A stretch of DNA of 63,208 nt, counting the filler, from Chiloscyllium plagiosum (Eukaryota): assembly GCF_004010195.1 (NCBI RefSeq). It is 5 parts of one record of this genome, joined end to end, with 100 filler letters (N's around TTAATTAATTAA, not from the genome) between each part and the next. Parts side by side here need not be neighbours in the genome. Positions count along the whole stretch, not along the records: positions 1 to 28,085 come from NC_057717.1; 4 more parts are not named here. One strand, written 5' to 3'. A model generated the notes under the pieces. That model did not search any database, had not been told where the DNA came from, and was given only the letters and a program-made list of their open reading frames with translations. This document shows positions 12,551 through 23,649 of this stretch, one piece after another. A program made the position numbers and the translations under genes. Every line of letters begins with the position of its first letter. Positions within the stretch are counted from its first letter, which is position 1.

Positions 12551-13825
12551 TCCCTCACCCAAGTTCCTATAATAGCTATGATGTCCCAATCCCATGTTCT
12601 GAAACATGCGCTGAGTAGTTTAGCCTTCCCTGTAAAACCAATTGCACTGAAGTAAATGCATTTTAGTTCTTCAGAATTCCTATATACTCTGATTCTCTCA
12701 TTTTTTTTTTTCTAAATGGCATGTTCTTATCATATTCAGAGCATTCTCCATCCATCCTACCATTTACACTACTACTTAGAGTACCTCCACTTGCCTGGTC
12801 TGTCAATATAAAGCCTGCCTTTATGGGGTGAGCAAATCTCCCTGCTAAGATATCGGTGGCTTTCCCGTTTAGATTAGACCAATCCTTTTGGAACGGGCCT
12901 TTTCTATTCCAAAAAACATTCCAATCTCCCAAATATCTGAATCCGTCAACAACACAGCAGCTCTTCATGCCATTGATTTTTCTCCTTTAAACCTTTTTTT
13001 TCCCTTTTGCATTTGAATTTGGCATTGGGAGTAAACCAGAAATTACTATTTTAAAGTTTTATTTTTAATCCTCTACATCACCTCTTTAATTCTCTCCGGA
13101 CTGTTTTAATCTTTTCCCTAAAAATGTAATTCATACCAATAATTTCTGGCTTCTAAATCATACCTTTAACAATATTCTTGAAACTTTCAGAGACGTTCTT
13201 AATCCTAACACCTGGAAACCAAGAAACTATCCTAAATTTTCGCTCACTGCCACAGAATCTCCTGTTTCTGCCCCTGACAGGAGAGACCCGTGCCGCAATA
13301 ATTATACAAAATCTTCTCAAACGCTGCCTAACATAAGAATTGTTCCAATAGTCCAATAACCGATGGCTCTTCCATTTTTCTCAGAGACACTACCCCTTTC
13401 AACAGTTCCAAAAACGGAACATCTGTTTGATAGAGGAATACCCACCTGAGATTTTTGAACTACCTTCTTACCTGTCCTGACAAGTCACTCATCTATCTGA
13501 CTGATTTTGCTGGTTAATAACGTGCAGCCATCTCCCTCTCTATTCTGCCTATAAACAGAATGTTTTAAGACATTAAAATAGAAAAATAAATCCGCATACA
13601 TATCAAACATATAAAAAATAAATAATATGAATCATTTCTAAAATTAACTCAACAAAAAGATTCCTCTTCAAAAACTTCCTCGAAGAAAAAGGTCTTGTCC
13701 AGAGCTGAACGCGTGTAGGACTCTCCGGAATGATTGCACATCTTCCTATTCAAAAATAGACTTTAGATTTTGAAACAAAAAATACTTTTGCATTTAAAAA
13801 AAGCCTTTTGAAACATATATAGACT

Positions 13826-14191
13826 ATTGTGGTTCTATTCGCCGAGCTGGGAATTTATATTGCAGACGTTTGGTCCTCTGTCTTGGTGACATCCTCAGTG
13901 CTTGGGAGCCTCCTGTGAAGCACTTCTGTGATGTTTCCTCCGGCATTTATAGTGATTTGTATCTGCCGCTTCTGGTTGTCAGTTCCAGCTGTCTGCTACA
14001 GTGGCCGCTATATTGGGTCCAATTCAATGTGTTTGTTGGAGGAAACACCACAGAAGGACTTCACAGGAGGCTCCCAAGCACTGGGGATGTCACCGAGACA
14101 GGGGATGAAACGTCTGCAACACAAATTCCCAGCTCGGCGAACAGAACCACAACAATGAGCACCCGAGCTACAAATCTATCCCCAAACTTTG
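13826..14191 (+). mobile_element. Penelope-like insertion made of inverted pLTR halves
   Basis: TSD AACATATATAGACT (13812-13825 and 14192-14205); 13827-13930 is an inverted copy of about 14050-14155; same family as 51139-52039. Confidence 0.85.
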
Positions 14192-14457
14192 AACATATAT
14201 AGACTTTTCTAATTTGTTTTTGTAGACCCCCTTTAAAAAGCTCGTTAAAACCATATTCGTTTGAAAAGAAATGTTTTTTTTTGCTTATCTTTTTTGTGTT
14301 TTTTGTATCTTAATAAAACAAAATGGAAAAATAATCTTATTTTAATAAACTACATGAACTACATTAAATGCAAAAAACTATAAGAAACCGTTAACTATGC
14401 CTGCAATCCGAGGAGAAGCTGTAAGATCCATACTGCTGTAAGAACATTTATTAAAAC

Positions 14458-15599
14458 CTGGCTAAGTAACATCATCAGTGGCGACCTCCAAGTGAAGCGA
14501 AGCTGTTGTCTCCTGCTTTCTCTTTATATCTTTCTCCTGGATCATCACAAAACAAAACAAGATAGAAGAGACATTTAACATCATCAACACCCTCACAGGC
14601 ATAAAATTCACCAAGGAGGAAGAAACCGACAACAATCTCGCATTCCTGGACGTCACATTCGAAAGAAAGGACAACGGAGAACTACAAACCTGCGTACACA
14701 GAAAACCGACAAACACTGACCAAATATTTTACTACATCCAAACTACAGCAAACATCCAAACACACACAAACAAAGCTGTATCAGAACACTATTCCAACGA
14801 GCCACCACACACTGCAGCACAGACGAACTACGCAAAACAGAGGAGAACTACCTATACAACGTATTCAAGAAGAACGGATACTCAAAAAATGCAGTGGGCA
14901 GATTCCTCAAGAACAAACCACGACAATCAGACCAAGCACAGCCAGAAACCCTAACCACCTTACCAGACATCAAAGAAGTTTCAGAAATGACAGCCAAACT
15001 ACTAAGACCCCTCGGAATCCTAGTAGCATACAAACTCATCAACACTCTCAAACAAAAACTAATGAACTTAAAAGCCCAGTACAGCCCATGGACAAAACCA
15101 ACGTCATCTACAAAATTCCATGCAAGGACTGCCACAAACACTACGTAAGACAAACAGGAAGAAAGTTAGCCACCAGGATACACGAACACCAGCTAGCCAC
15201 AAAAAGACACGACCCTCTCTCCCTCGTAGCCCGACACACGGATGAAAGAAAACACTATTTCGACTGGGACAACACATTTTTCTGGGACAGGCTAAGCAAA
15301 GACATGCCATAGATTTCCTAGAGGCCTGGCACCCCAACCACAACGCCATAAATAAACATATAGATCTCGATGCCATCTATCAACCCCTCAGAAAACGAAC
15401 AGGAAATGACATCACCACAAACTCCAGGAGAAAGATATAGATAGAAAGCAGGAGACAAGAGCTTCGCTTCACTTGGAGGTCGCCACTGATGATGTTCCCT
15501 AGCCAGGTAATGAAACGTCTGGCTATCAAACCTACAGCTCAGCGAGCAAACCTACACACTAACCCTCAACCTGAGCTACAAACCTTCACACACCTTGCA
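14458..15599 (+). mobile_element. Penelope-like element, 5'-truncated (RT C-terminus, GIY-YIG endonuclease, pLTR)
   Basis: AFLDV RT motif; NVIYKIPCKDCHKHYVRQTGRKLATRIHEH GIY-YIG; inverted pLTR piece at 14458-14540; TSD AACATT(T/C)ATTAAAAC (14443-14457 and 15600-15614). Confidence 0.92.
15482..15523 (+). ncRNA. Minimal type I hammerhead ribozyme motif in a Penelope pLTR
   Basis: GCCA-CTGATGA-T-GTTCCCT-AGCC-AGGTAAT-GAAA-CGTC-TGGC: perfect 4-bp stem I, intact core, stem II with one mismatch, palindromic ACGT stem III. Confidence 0.8.
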
Positions 15600-16169
15600 A
15601 ACATTCATTAAAACTTTTTTTTTACAATTTGAAGAAGAGTGGGCATATGTTCTAATAATTTGCTTCAAATGCAAGGTAAACCTGGCGATATGATTTGATC
15701 TCCTACCGTGTGTATATGTGCAGAATTTAATTGAATCTTTATCCATTTCTCTCCAGCTCTTTCAAGCAATCATATGAGCCTGTGTCCATCCTGCAGATGA
15801 AAAATTCCTTCAGCTCAGACTATTGCAGGGAATTTTACAAAGAACATTATCCAGTTCTACTTAAAATAAAAATGTTGCAGACGAAGTAAGCCCAACCTCG
15901 TCCAATATTAAACACACGCAAGCATTATGAATAAAACATACAGAGACGAATAGTATAAAAGGAGAATTCAGCTCCATGTCCAAAAAAAATCTGTGGCTCT
16001 CTCATAGAAAGAACCCAACTGCATCACGCTGTAAATTCACCAAAATTAGGAAGAACAGAATTCTTATTTATTCTCCTTTGAACAACATGTGAAGAACAGG
16101 AGAAATAAGAAAAGTCTTATCTGTGAGCTTCATAAGTGATGATCATGAGAATGTGAGGGATGGATCGTG

Positions 16170-16520
16170 GGGGGAATGATAAATAATGTTATGGATGACA
16201 CAAAGGTTAGGTGGGTGGTTCACAGTGAGGAGGAACATTTTAGTTTAAAGATGATATAAATGGTTTGTTCAGGTGGCTCGATCAATGGCTGATGAGATTT
16301 GACTGATAAATGTGGGGTGATACATTTCAGAAGTAACAAGACAAGAGAGAGTACTCAAACTATGAGGAGGGGTTAGATTTTTTTTGAAGCAGAGGAGGTT
16401 GAGAGGGGTTCCTGATTGAGGCATTTAAGAGCATGAGGTTTATGGACAGTTTGAACAGAGAGCAGCTCTTCCCCTTACTCGAGTGCTCAATACGAAGGAG
16501 ACATAATTTTGAAATGAAAG
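16170..16520 (+). mobile_element. CR1 RT 3' fragment
   Basis: DDTKV-like motif and degenerate RRLRG..LIEAFK remnants. Confidence 0.6.
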
Positions 16521-16689
16521 TGATCTCACCATTAATCTGTAAACCTTAATTGCAGATTGATGTTGAATTTAGATTCCAGCATTTGCAGTGGCAGCATTTG
16601 AATCTGAGTTCCTAGAATATTATCTTGATCGCTGAATCAGCGGTTGGTGATAATACCACCAGGACATCACTTTCATCTTATCATAGTCT

Positions 16690-18160
16690 TCTTTGTTAAG
16701 GTATGAATGACGTTTTATCTTTTTTTACAATTCCTCTTCCACTCAGGAATAAACTTTAATTGATGTGTTTTTACTATCTTCCTACGTATTTGCCATTGTT
16801 CTTCAAATGTTCTGCCATTCAATGTTATTTTTTCGAGACCACTCAGGCCAATCCTTCCACATAATTATCACTGCCCGATACTAAAACTCTTGTATCTTTG
16901 AATCTGAATGTGAAACTCCAGCATGTTACGGTCACTCTTTCCAGAGGATCCTCTACTATAAGATGATTTATCACTCCTTCCTCATTATTCACATCAAATC
17001 TAAAAGCCAGTTTTCTGGTTTGTTGTTGAAAGAAATCATACCTCATACATTCTGCGCATCGTTATTTGAGGCTACCCTTGCCAAATTGATTATTTAAGTC
17101 AATACGCATACACAGATTGCTCACTCTTGTGCCCTTCTCACAAGCCATTGTTATTTCCTGGTTTTTGAAAGTATGTTTGGAGGATGGGAGTATTGTGGCA
17201 TGAAATTACTCCTAGAAGCAGGTTTGTTTCCATGTGCTTTATTTGGATCCAAACTGATTTGACATTTTGGTCCCTCGTGCTAATGTCATTTTTAATGCAG
17301 CTTTGATATAATTCTTAATCAATGCAGCAACTCAACCTGCTGTACGTTCTTGTCTGAATAATGAGTACCCTTGGACATTTCACTTCCTAACACTGACCTT
17401 CCTGCAACCGCATTTCTGCAAGCCCCACCAAGCCGTATCTTTTTATCTCTGTTTGTGCTGTCATTTTTTCCAAATATTCCATGCATTTAGGTACAAGGTA
17501 TTTACATAAGTTCTATTGGATTGGTTTATCTCCTTTAATACTTGTGGCGCACTCCACACACTCCATTCTTATTTTTTGATCTCCGATAATACTGAACCTA
17601 TCATTTCCACTCACATTTTTAAAATTGCTATGATTATTTTCCGCAGCATAGTCATTCGACTGGCCCTGCCTGTCTATTCTATTAAACTCTAATTTCAGCT
17701 CACTTGCTGTCCTGCTGCTCTGGTTTTCAGTCTCCTGCATTATTCATTTAACTCCACCCAAGATGCATCATCAGGATGTTGGTGTCCCTCCAGTTAAAAT
17801 GGACCCTGTCCTATTTTACAGGTCCCACCTGCACTGGACAAAATCCCAACGAGCCATAAATCTGAAACCCTCTTCCTGAACCAGTTCTTCAACCACATAT
17901 TAAAGTTTTCTCTCTTCATCTTCCTTATCCCACTTCCAACTAGCACGAGGAGTAACCCAAGATTACAACCCTGGATATCCTGCGTTTCCACTCAGGCCAA
18001 ACTCCCTGCAGTCTCCTTGTAGGATCTTGTCACATTTCCTGCCAATGTTATTGATATCAATGTGTACCACTGGCTGTAAACCCTCCCCTTCAGTATGCCC
18101 TGAGCATTCTCTGACACATCCCTGATACTCGCACCAAAGACACATTTTATGAAGATTGCA
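16690..18160 (-). mobile_element. Old CR1 fragment (ORF1 esterase and endonuclease)
   Basis: GASIRDVSENAQGILKG, VVHIDINNIG, FNMWLKNW and INHLIVEDPL remnants. Confidence 0.7.
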
Positions 18161-18330
18161 TAGAGTCGTCGAATCCCTAAATTGTGGAAATAGGCCATTT
18201 GGCCCAACATGCCCACACTGACCCTCCAAAGAGTAAACCACCCAGACCCATTAGCCTATTCTCATACTCTACATTTACCCCTGACTAATACACCTAACCT
18301 ACACATCCCTGAACACTATGAGCGTAGTAA
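18160..18330 (-). mobile_element. tRNA SINE 3' part (HE1-like)
   Basis: Reverse complement resembles the 3' half of the SINE at 57500-57778. Confidence 0.6.
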
Positions 18331-18499
18331 CCTGGCCAGAGCCAGTCTCTGACCATATATTGATTCTGCTTTCGCACCACAGATACTGCCAGTTCTTCTG
18401 CATTATGTTTTGGGAGGAGTTAGAGAGAGGTGGGGGGGGGGGGAGGGGCTGGGACCAGGGGGTTGCTGGGAAGGTTAATTTCCCACTAAAAACGGACTT

Positions 18500-21400
18500 A
18501 CCTCGAGCATCAGACCTCCATTTGCAGCCGCGCTGAGAGCGAGGAGCGGAGTGGGAGAGGACGAATTGTGCACTGGGAGGGTAAGTGATCTGACATATTT
18601 GGACAACGTTTGAACGAAGATACTACACGTGTAATGTCTCCCACCCCGAACTCCTCATCTAACCAAAGCAAAAGAACTCTGTCCTGTGTTGATAAGGTGC
18701 TTCTCTACTTTTTTTTTTAATCCTGTGATTGGTTAAAGAAAACCCTTTCCTTTTCCGTATATCTAATTTAAGACCAAGTTAAGCTTTAGAGTAAAAGTCA
18801 CAGGAGATCTCAGAGCCATGTTATGCTCCACTTTCTCAATGTGGGAGCTCAGGGACACAGCTGCTGTCCCTGTTCTCGTGCAGGACGTGTGTCCATCTCT
18901 CTGCGCTCTCCTTGCAGGATCTTGTTACATTTCCTGCCTATGTCATTGGTACCAATGTGTACCACAGCCGCTGGCTGTTCAGCCTACCCTTCAGTATGCC
19001 CTGAGCATGCTCGGAGACATCCCTGATCCTCGCACCAAAGACATTTCTTATGAAGAGCGCATAGACGGGATGACGGCTCTGGAGCGGCGGATGGTCTCAC
19101 CTTGGAGCACACGTAATGCAGAGGAGGTATTAGATAGCACATTCAGTGAACTGATCACATCACAGATTAGGATTGCTGAAGGAGAAAGGGAATTGATGAC
19201 CAAAAGCAGAGAAAGAGCAGGAAGGCACTGCAGGTGTCCCTGCAGTCACCTCCCTCCTTAGCAGGTATACTGTTTTGGATCCTGTTTGGAGAGATGGCTT
19301 ACCAGGAGAAGACAGCAGTAGCCCCGTTAAAAGCACCGTGGTTGGCCCTGCTGTTCAGAAGGGCGGGAAAAATACTAGAAGGGCTAAGTCATAGGGGATT
19401 CAATTGTGAAAGGAGTAGATAAGCATTTTTCTGTTCGAAGGCAAGACTCCAGAATGGTATGTTGCCTTCCCGGTGCAAGGGACAGTAATGCCTCGGATCG
19501 ACTGCAGAACATTCTGAAGGGGGAGGGTGAATATTCAGTTTTCGTGGTGCATGAAGGCAACAATGTTATAGGTTTAAAAAATCAGGATGAGCTCCTACAC
19601 ACAGAATTTAGGGAGTTCGGAGTCAAGTTAAGAAGTAGGATCTCAGAGGTTGTAATCTCAGGATTGCTACTAATGCCACGTACTAGTCAGAGTAGAAATG
19701 AAAGAATAGAATTGCTTGAGAGATGGTGCAAGAGGAAAGAGTTCTGATTTTTGGGACATTGGGACTGGTTATCTGGGAGGTGGGACTATTACAAATTGGA
19801 CAGCCGACACCTGAGTTGGAATGGAAACAATGTCCTTCGGGGAACTTTTGCTAATGCTGCTTCAGAGGGTTTAAACTAATGTTGTACAGGGATGGGAACC
19901 AAATGAGGAGGTTAGTCGATATTAAGGAAATATCAACTGCAGCCTGTAAGGAAATAGATAATGAAGTAAGCGTGAGTAAGGGGATGAGTCGGCAGGGAGT
20001 AGATGATGAACACAAAGGGACAAGTTATCTGAGGTGCATTTGTTTTAATGCAAGAAGTGTAGTATGTGCAGATAAACACAAGGCCTCGATTAGTACCTTG
20101 GAGTTGATATTATTGCTATTACTGATACTTGGTTGAGGGAACAGCATGATTGGCAAGTAAATATCCCAGGATATCAATGCTTCAGGTGGGATAAGCAGGG
20201 GGGTAAAAGGGGTATATGAGTTGCATGACTGGTCAAGGAGGATACCACAGCTGTTCTGAAGGAGGGCACTATGGAGGATTCAAACAGTAACGCAATCAGG
20301 GTAGAGCTCAGAAATAGGAAGGGTGCAGTAACAATATTGGGGCCTCCCAACAGTGAGCGTGAGAAGAAAGTACAAATATGTAAACAGATCATGAAAAGAT
20401 GTGGGAGCAACATGGTGATGGTGAAAGGCAATTTTATTTTCGCAACATTGACTGGGGTTCAATTAATATTAGAGGGCTGAATGGAGCAGAATTTGTAAGG
20501 AGCAGCCAGGACGGTTTTTTGAGCAGTATGTAAACAGTCCAACTCAGGAAAGGGCCATTTTTGTCCTTATGCTGGGGAATGAGCCTGGCCAGGTGGTTGA
20601 AGTTTCAGTGGGAGATTACTTTGGGACTGTTGATCACAATTCCATACGTTTTAGAATACGCAAGGACAAAGACAAGAGTTGTCCTAAAGGAAGAGTGCTA
20701 AATTGAGTGCTAAAGGAAGAGTGCCAACTATATCAAAATTCAGCAGAAGTTCAGGAATATAGATTGGGAGCAGTTGCTTGATGGTAAATCCATATTTGAT
20801 ACGTGGGAAGCTTTTAACGAGAGGTTGATTAGAGTTGAGGTCAGATATGCTTCTGTGGAAATGAGGGGTTGGAATGGCAAGATTAGGGAACCATGGATGA
20901 CAGGTGAAACTGTTAGACGAGCTTAGTGGAAAAAGAAAGTGTACATAAGGTCTAGAAGACTGAAGACAGACAAAGCTTGGGAAGAAAATCGGGAATGTAG
21001 GACCAATCTGAAACAAGGAATTAAGAGGGCTAAAAGGGGTCATGAGACATATTTAGCAACAATGATCATGGATAATCCCAAAGACTTTAATTCATATATA
21101 AGGAGCAAGAGGATAACTAGAGGAAGGGTTGGACCACTCAAGGACAAAGGAGAAAGTTATGTGTGGAGTCAGAGAAAATGGATGAGATTATTAATGAGCA
21201 CTTTGTATCGGTATTCACCAAGAAGAAATGTTGAGATTAGGTATGGATGCTTGATTCCTCTAGGTCAAGTTGTAATAAGGAGAGAGGAAGTGTTTGTTAT
21301 TTTAAAAGGCATTAAGGTGGCCAAGTTCCCAGGTCCGGATGGGATCTTGGATGAGAGAGGAAACAGGTGGGACCACAGCAGATAGCTTTGCAGCATCTTT

Positions 21401-22810
21401 GAACACGGGTGAAATCCCGGAATACTGGAAAATTGCTAATGGTGTTTCCTTATTTAAGAATGGCGACTCTGACGTTCGTGGCAGGGAAGCTGCTGGAGAA
21501 AATACTGAGGGATAAGATGTATTCCCAGTTGGAAGAAAATGTGCTTATCAGTGAAAGGCAACATAGGTTTGTGCAGGGAATGTCATGTCTTGCCAACTTA
21601 ACAGAATTCTTTGAGGAAGTGTCAAAGTTGCTTGTTGAGTGACGGTGATTAGATGTCATATACATGGACTTTAGTAAGGCGTTTGACAGGGTTCCCCATG
21701 GTACGCTGATTGAGAAAGTGAATTCGCATAGGATCCAGGCTGTACTAGTTAGATGGATAGAGAAGTAGTAGTGGAGATTAGTAATGGAAGGGAATTTCTG
21801 AAAATGGAGACCTGTGACCAGTGCTGTTCAACAGGGATCCGTGCTGGGACCGCTGTTGTTTTCGATATACAGAAGTGATCTGGACGAACGTATGGATGGC
21901 CTCATTAGCAAGTTTGCAGATGAAACGAAGTTTGGTGCAGTAGCAGATAGTGAAGGGGATTGTAAGAGAATAATGAACAATATAAATGGATTGTAGAGTT
22001 GGCAGAGAAATGGGAGATGAAATTCAATCCGGGCAAATGTGAGATGATGCAATTTGGAAGATCTAATTCAAGACCGAAATATACAGAAAATTGAAAAGTG
22101 CAGGGATTAATTGATGTTCAGTGATTTCTGGGTGTTCAGGCCCATTGTACCCTGAAGATTGAACAGTGTGGTCAAGCGGGCATATCGCATGCTTTCCTTC
22201 ATTCAATGGGGTATTGAATACAAGCGTTGGCAGGTCATGTTACGGTTGTATAAGACTTTTTGTACCCCATATTTGGAATACTGCCTACAGACCTGGTTGC
22301 CACATTACAAAAAGGATATGGATGCTATGGAGAGGGTGCAGAAGAGGTTCACCAGGTATGGTGGGTGCTCACAAAAAAGAAATTTTGAGTAGATCAGTGG
22401 TATTGTCATTAGAAAAATGGAGGTCGAGCGGGGAACCTGATTGAGCTCTACAAAATTACGAGAGATATAGATAGGATGGAGAGGAAGACTTGTTTTCCCC
22501 AGAGTGGGGACTCAATTACTAGGGGTCACGAGTTCAAAGCAAGAGGGGAATCGTCGAGGGTAGATATGCGTGGAAATTTCTTTGTGCAGAGGGTGATGGG
22601 TGTTTGGAACACGTTGCCAGCAGAGATGGTAGAGGCGGTCACGATAGCATCATTTATGATGTATCTAGATAAATATATGAATGGACAAGGAGCAAAAGGG
22701 ATACAGACTCTTCGAAGATATGTGCCAGGTTTAGGTAGAGGATCTGGATCGGTGCAGGCTTGGAGGGCAGAACGGACTGTTCTTGTGCTGTAATTTTGTT
22801 TGTTCTTTGA
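18500..22810 (+). mobile_element. Near full-length CR1 LINE, degenerate
   Basis: ORF1 MLCSTFSMWELRD and VCCLPGARD SGNH region (18818-19880); ORF2 CICFNARS endonuclease through [10 protein letters not shown] and KFADET RT; 3' tail near 22790-22810. Confidence 0.92.
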
Positions 22811-22974
22811 TATCAGACAGCTTGAAGTCTTTGTACATTTCCTCAATCATATGGGAATTTCTCATTCTTTCATTTCACTCCAATTGCAAAGGATCGTACA
22901 TAACACATACATACACAGGTACACACCCAAAGACACAGACAGAGATACATATACATACAAACATAACCACATAG

Positions 22975-22996
22975 ACACACACACACACACACACAC
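22975..22996. repeat. (CA)n microsatellite within an AC-rich tract
   Basis: Seen directly. Confidence 0.9.
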
Positions 22997-23129
22997 GCAC
23001 GCAATGCATTACTTTGTCGAAGAATATCAATAATATTATCAATAATTAGAATCATAACTGGAATTCAGAACAAAGGAAGGATGAGAGAAATTGTCTTATT
23101 CGATTTGGAAAGACCATTATCTGAAGTTA

Positions 23130-23640
23130 CTAAGGTAAACATCATACATCACCAGGTTATATTCCAACAGGTTTATTTGGAAGCACTAGCTTTCAATGCG
23201 CTGCTCTTTCAGCAGGTGTTTGTGGAGTGTAAGATCGAAATACACAAAATTTAGAGCAAAATATTAGAGTGCCATGCAACTGAAATAGTATATTGAACAA
23301 ACCTGGATTTTTAAGTCCTTCATCTTTTAAAATGGGTTGCAGTTTTCGGTTAATTAATATGTAAATCCTAGAACTTCATTTAAGTCATCTTCTCAGGATA
23401 ACTTAAGGTTTTACAACAAAAGGTGACATCTCAGCTCAGACAATGCATTAAAGATGTAAGGTCAGAGTCTGTCTGTGTCCCAATCTTGAGTTAGACTTGT
23501 TCTATTTCCAAAGTGGAATTAACAAAATATTTAATGCAATGACTGCCTGCTTTGACTGCCTGCAGTGTGGGCATTTTTGAGCAAAACAGAATGTATCTGC
23601 AAATATATGTCTGCACATATAATGATATTAAACTGATGTG
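23130..23640 (-). mobile_element. Non-autonomous Penelope-derived repeat with decayed hammerhead motif
   Basis: Minus strand at 23184-23218 reads CAC-CTGCTGA-A-AGAGCAGCGCATT-GAAAGCTA-GTG; truncates the Gypsy RT region. Confidence 0.55.
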
Positions 23641-23649
23641 GTGGTTAAT

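Larger units (their letters stand above)
8780..14440 (-). mobile_element. Older CR1 LINE (ORF1 esterase and endonuclease region) hosting a nested younger CR1 and a Penelope insertion
   Basis: Endonuclease-like remnants at 8780-9909 resume near 12551; ORF1 SGNH-like peptides (WFPGVRIKNVSE, LNGKATDILAGRF) at 12660-13360. Confidence 0.65.
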
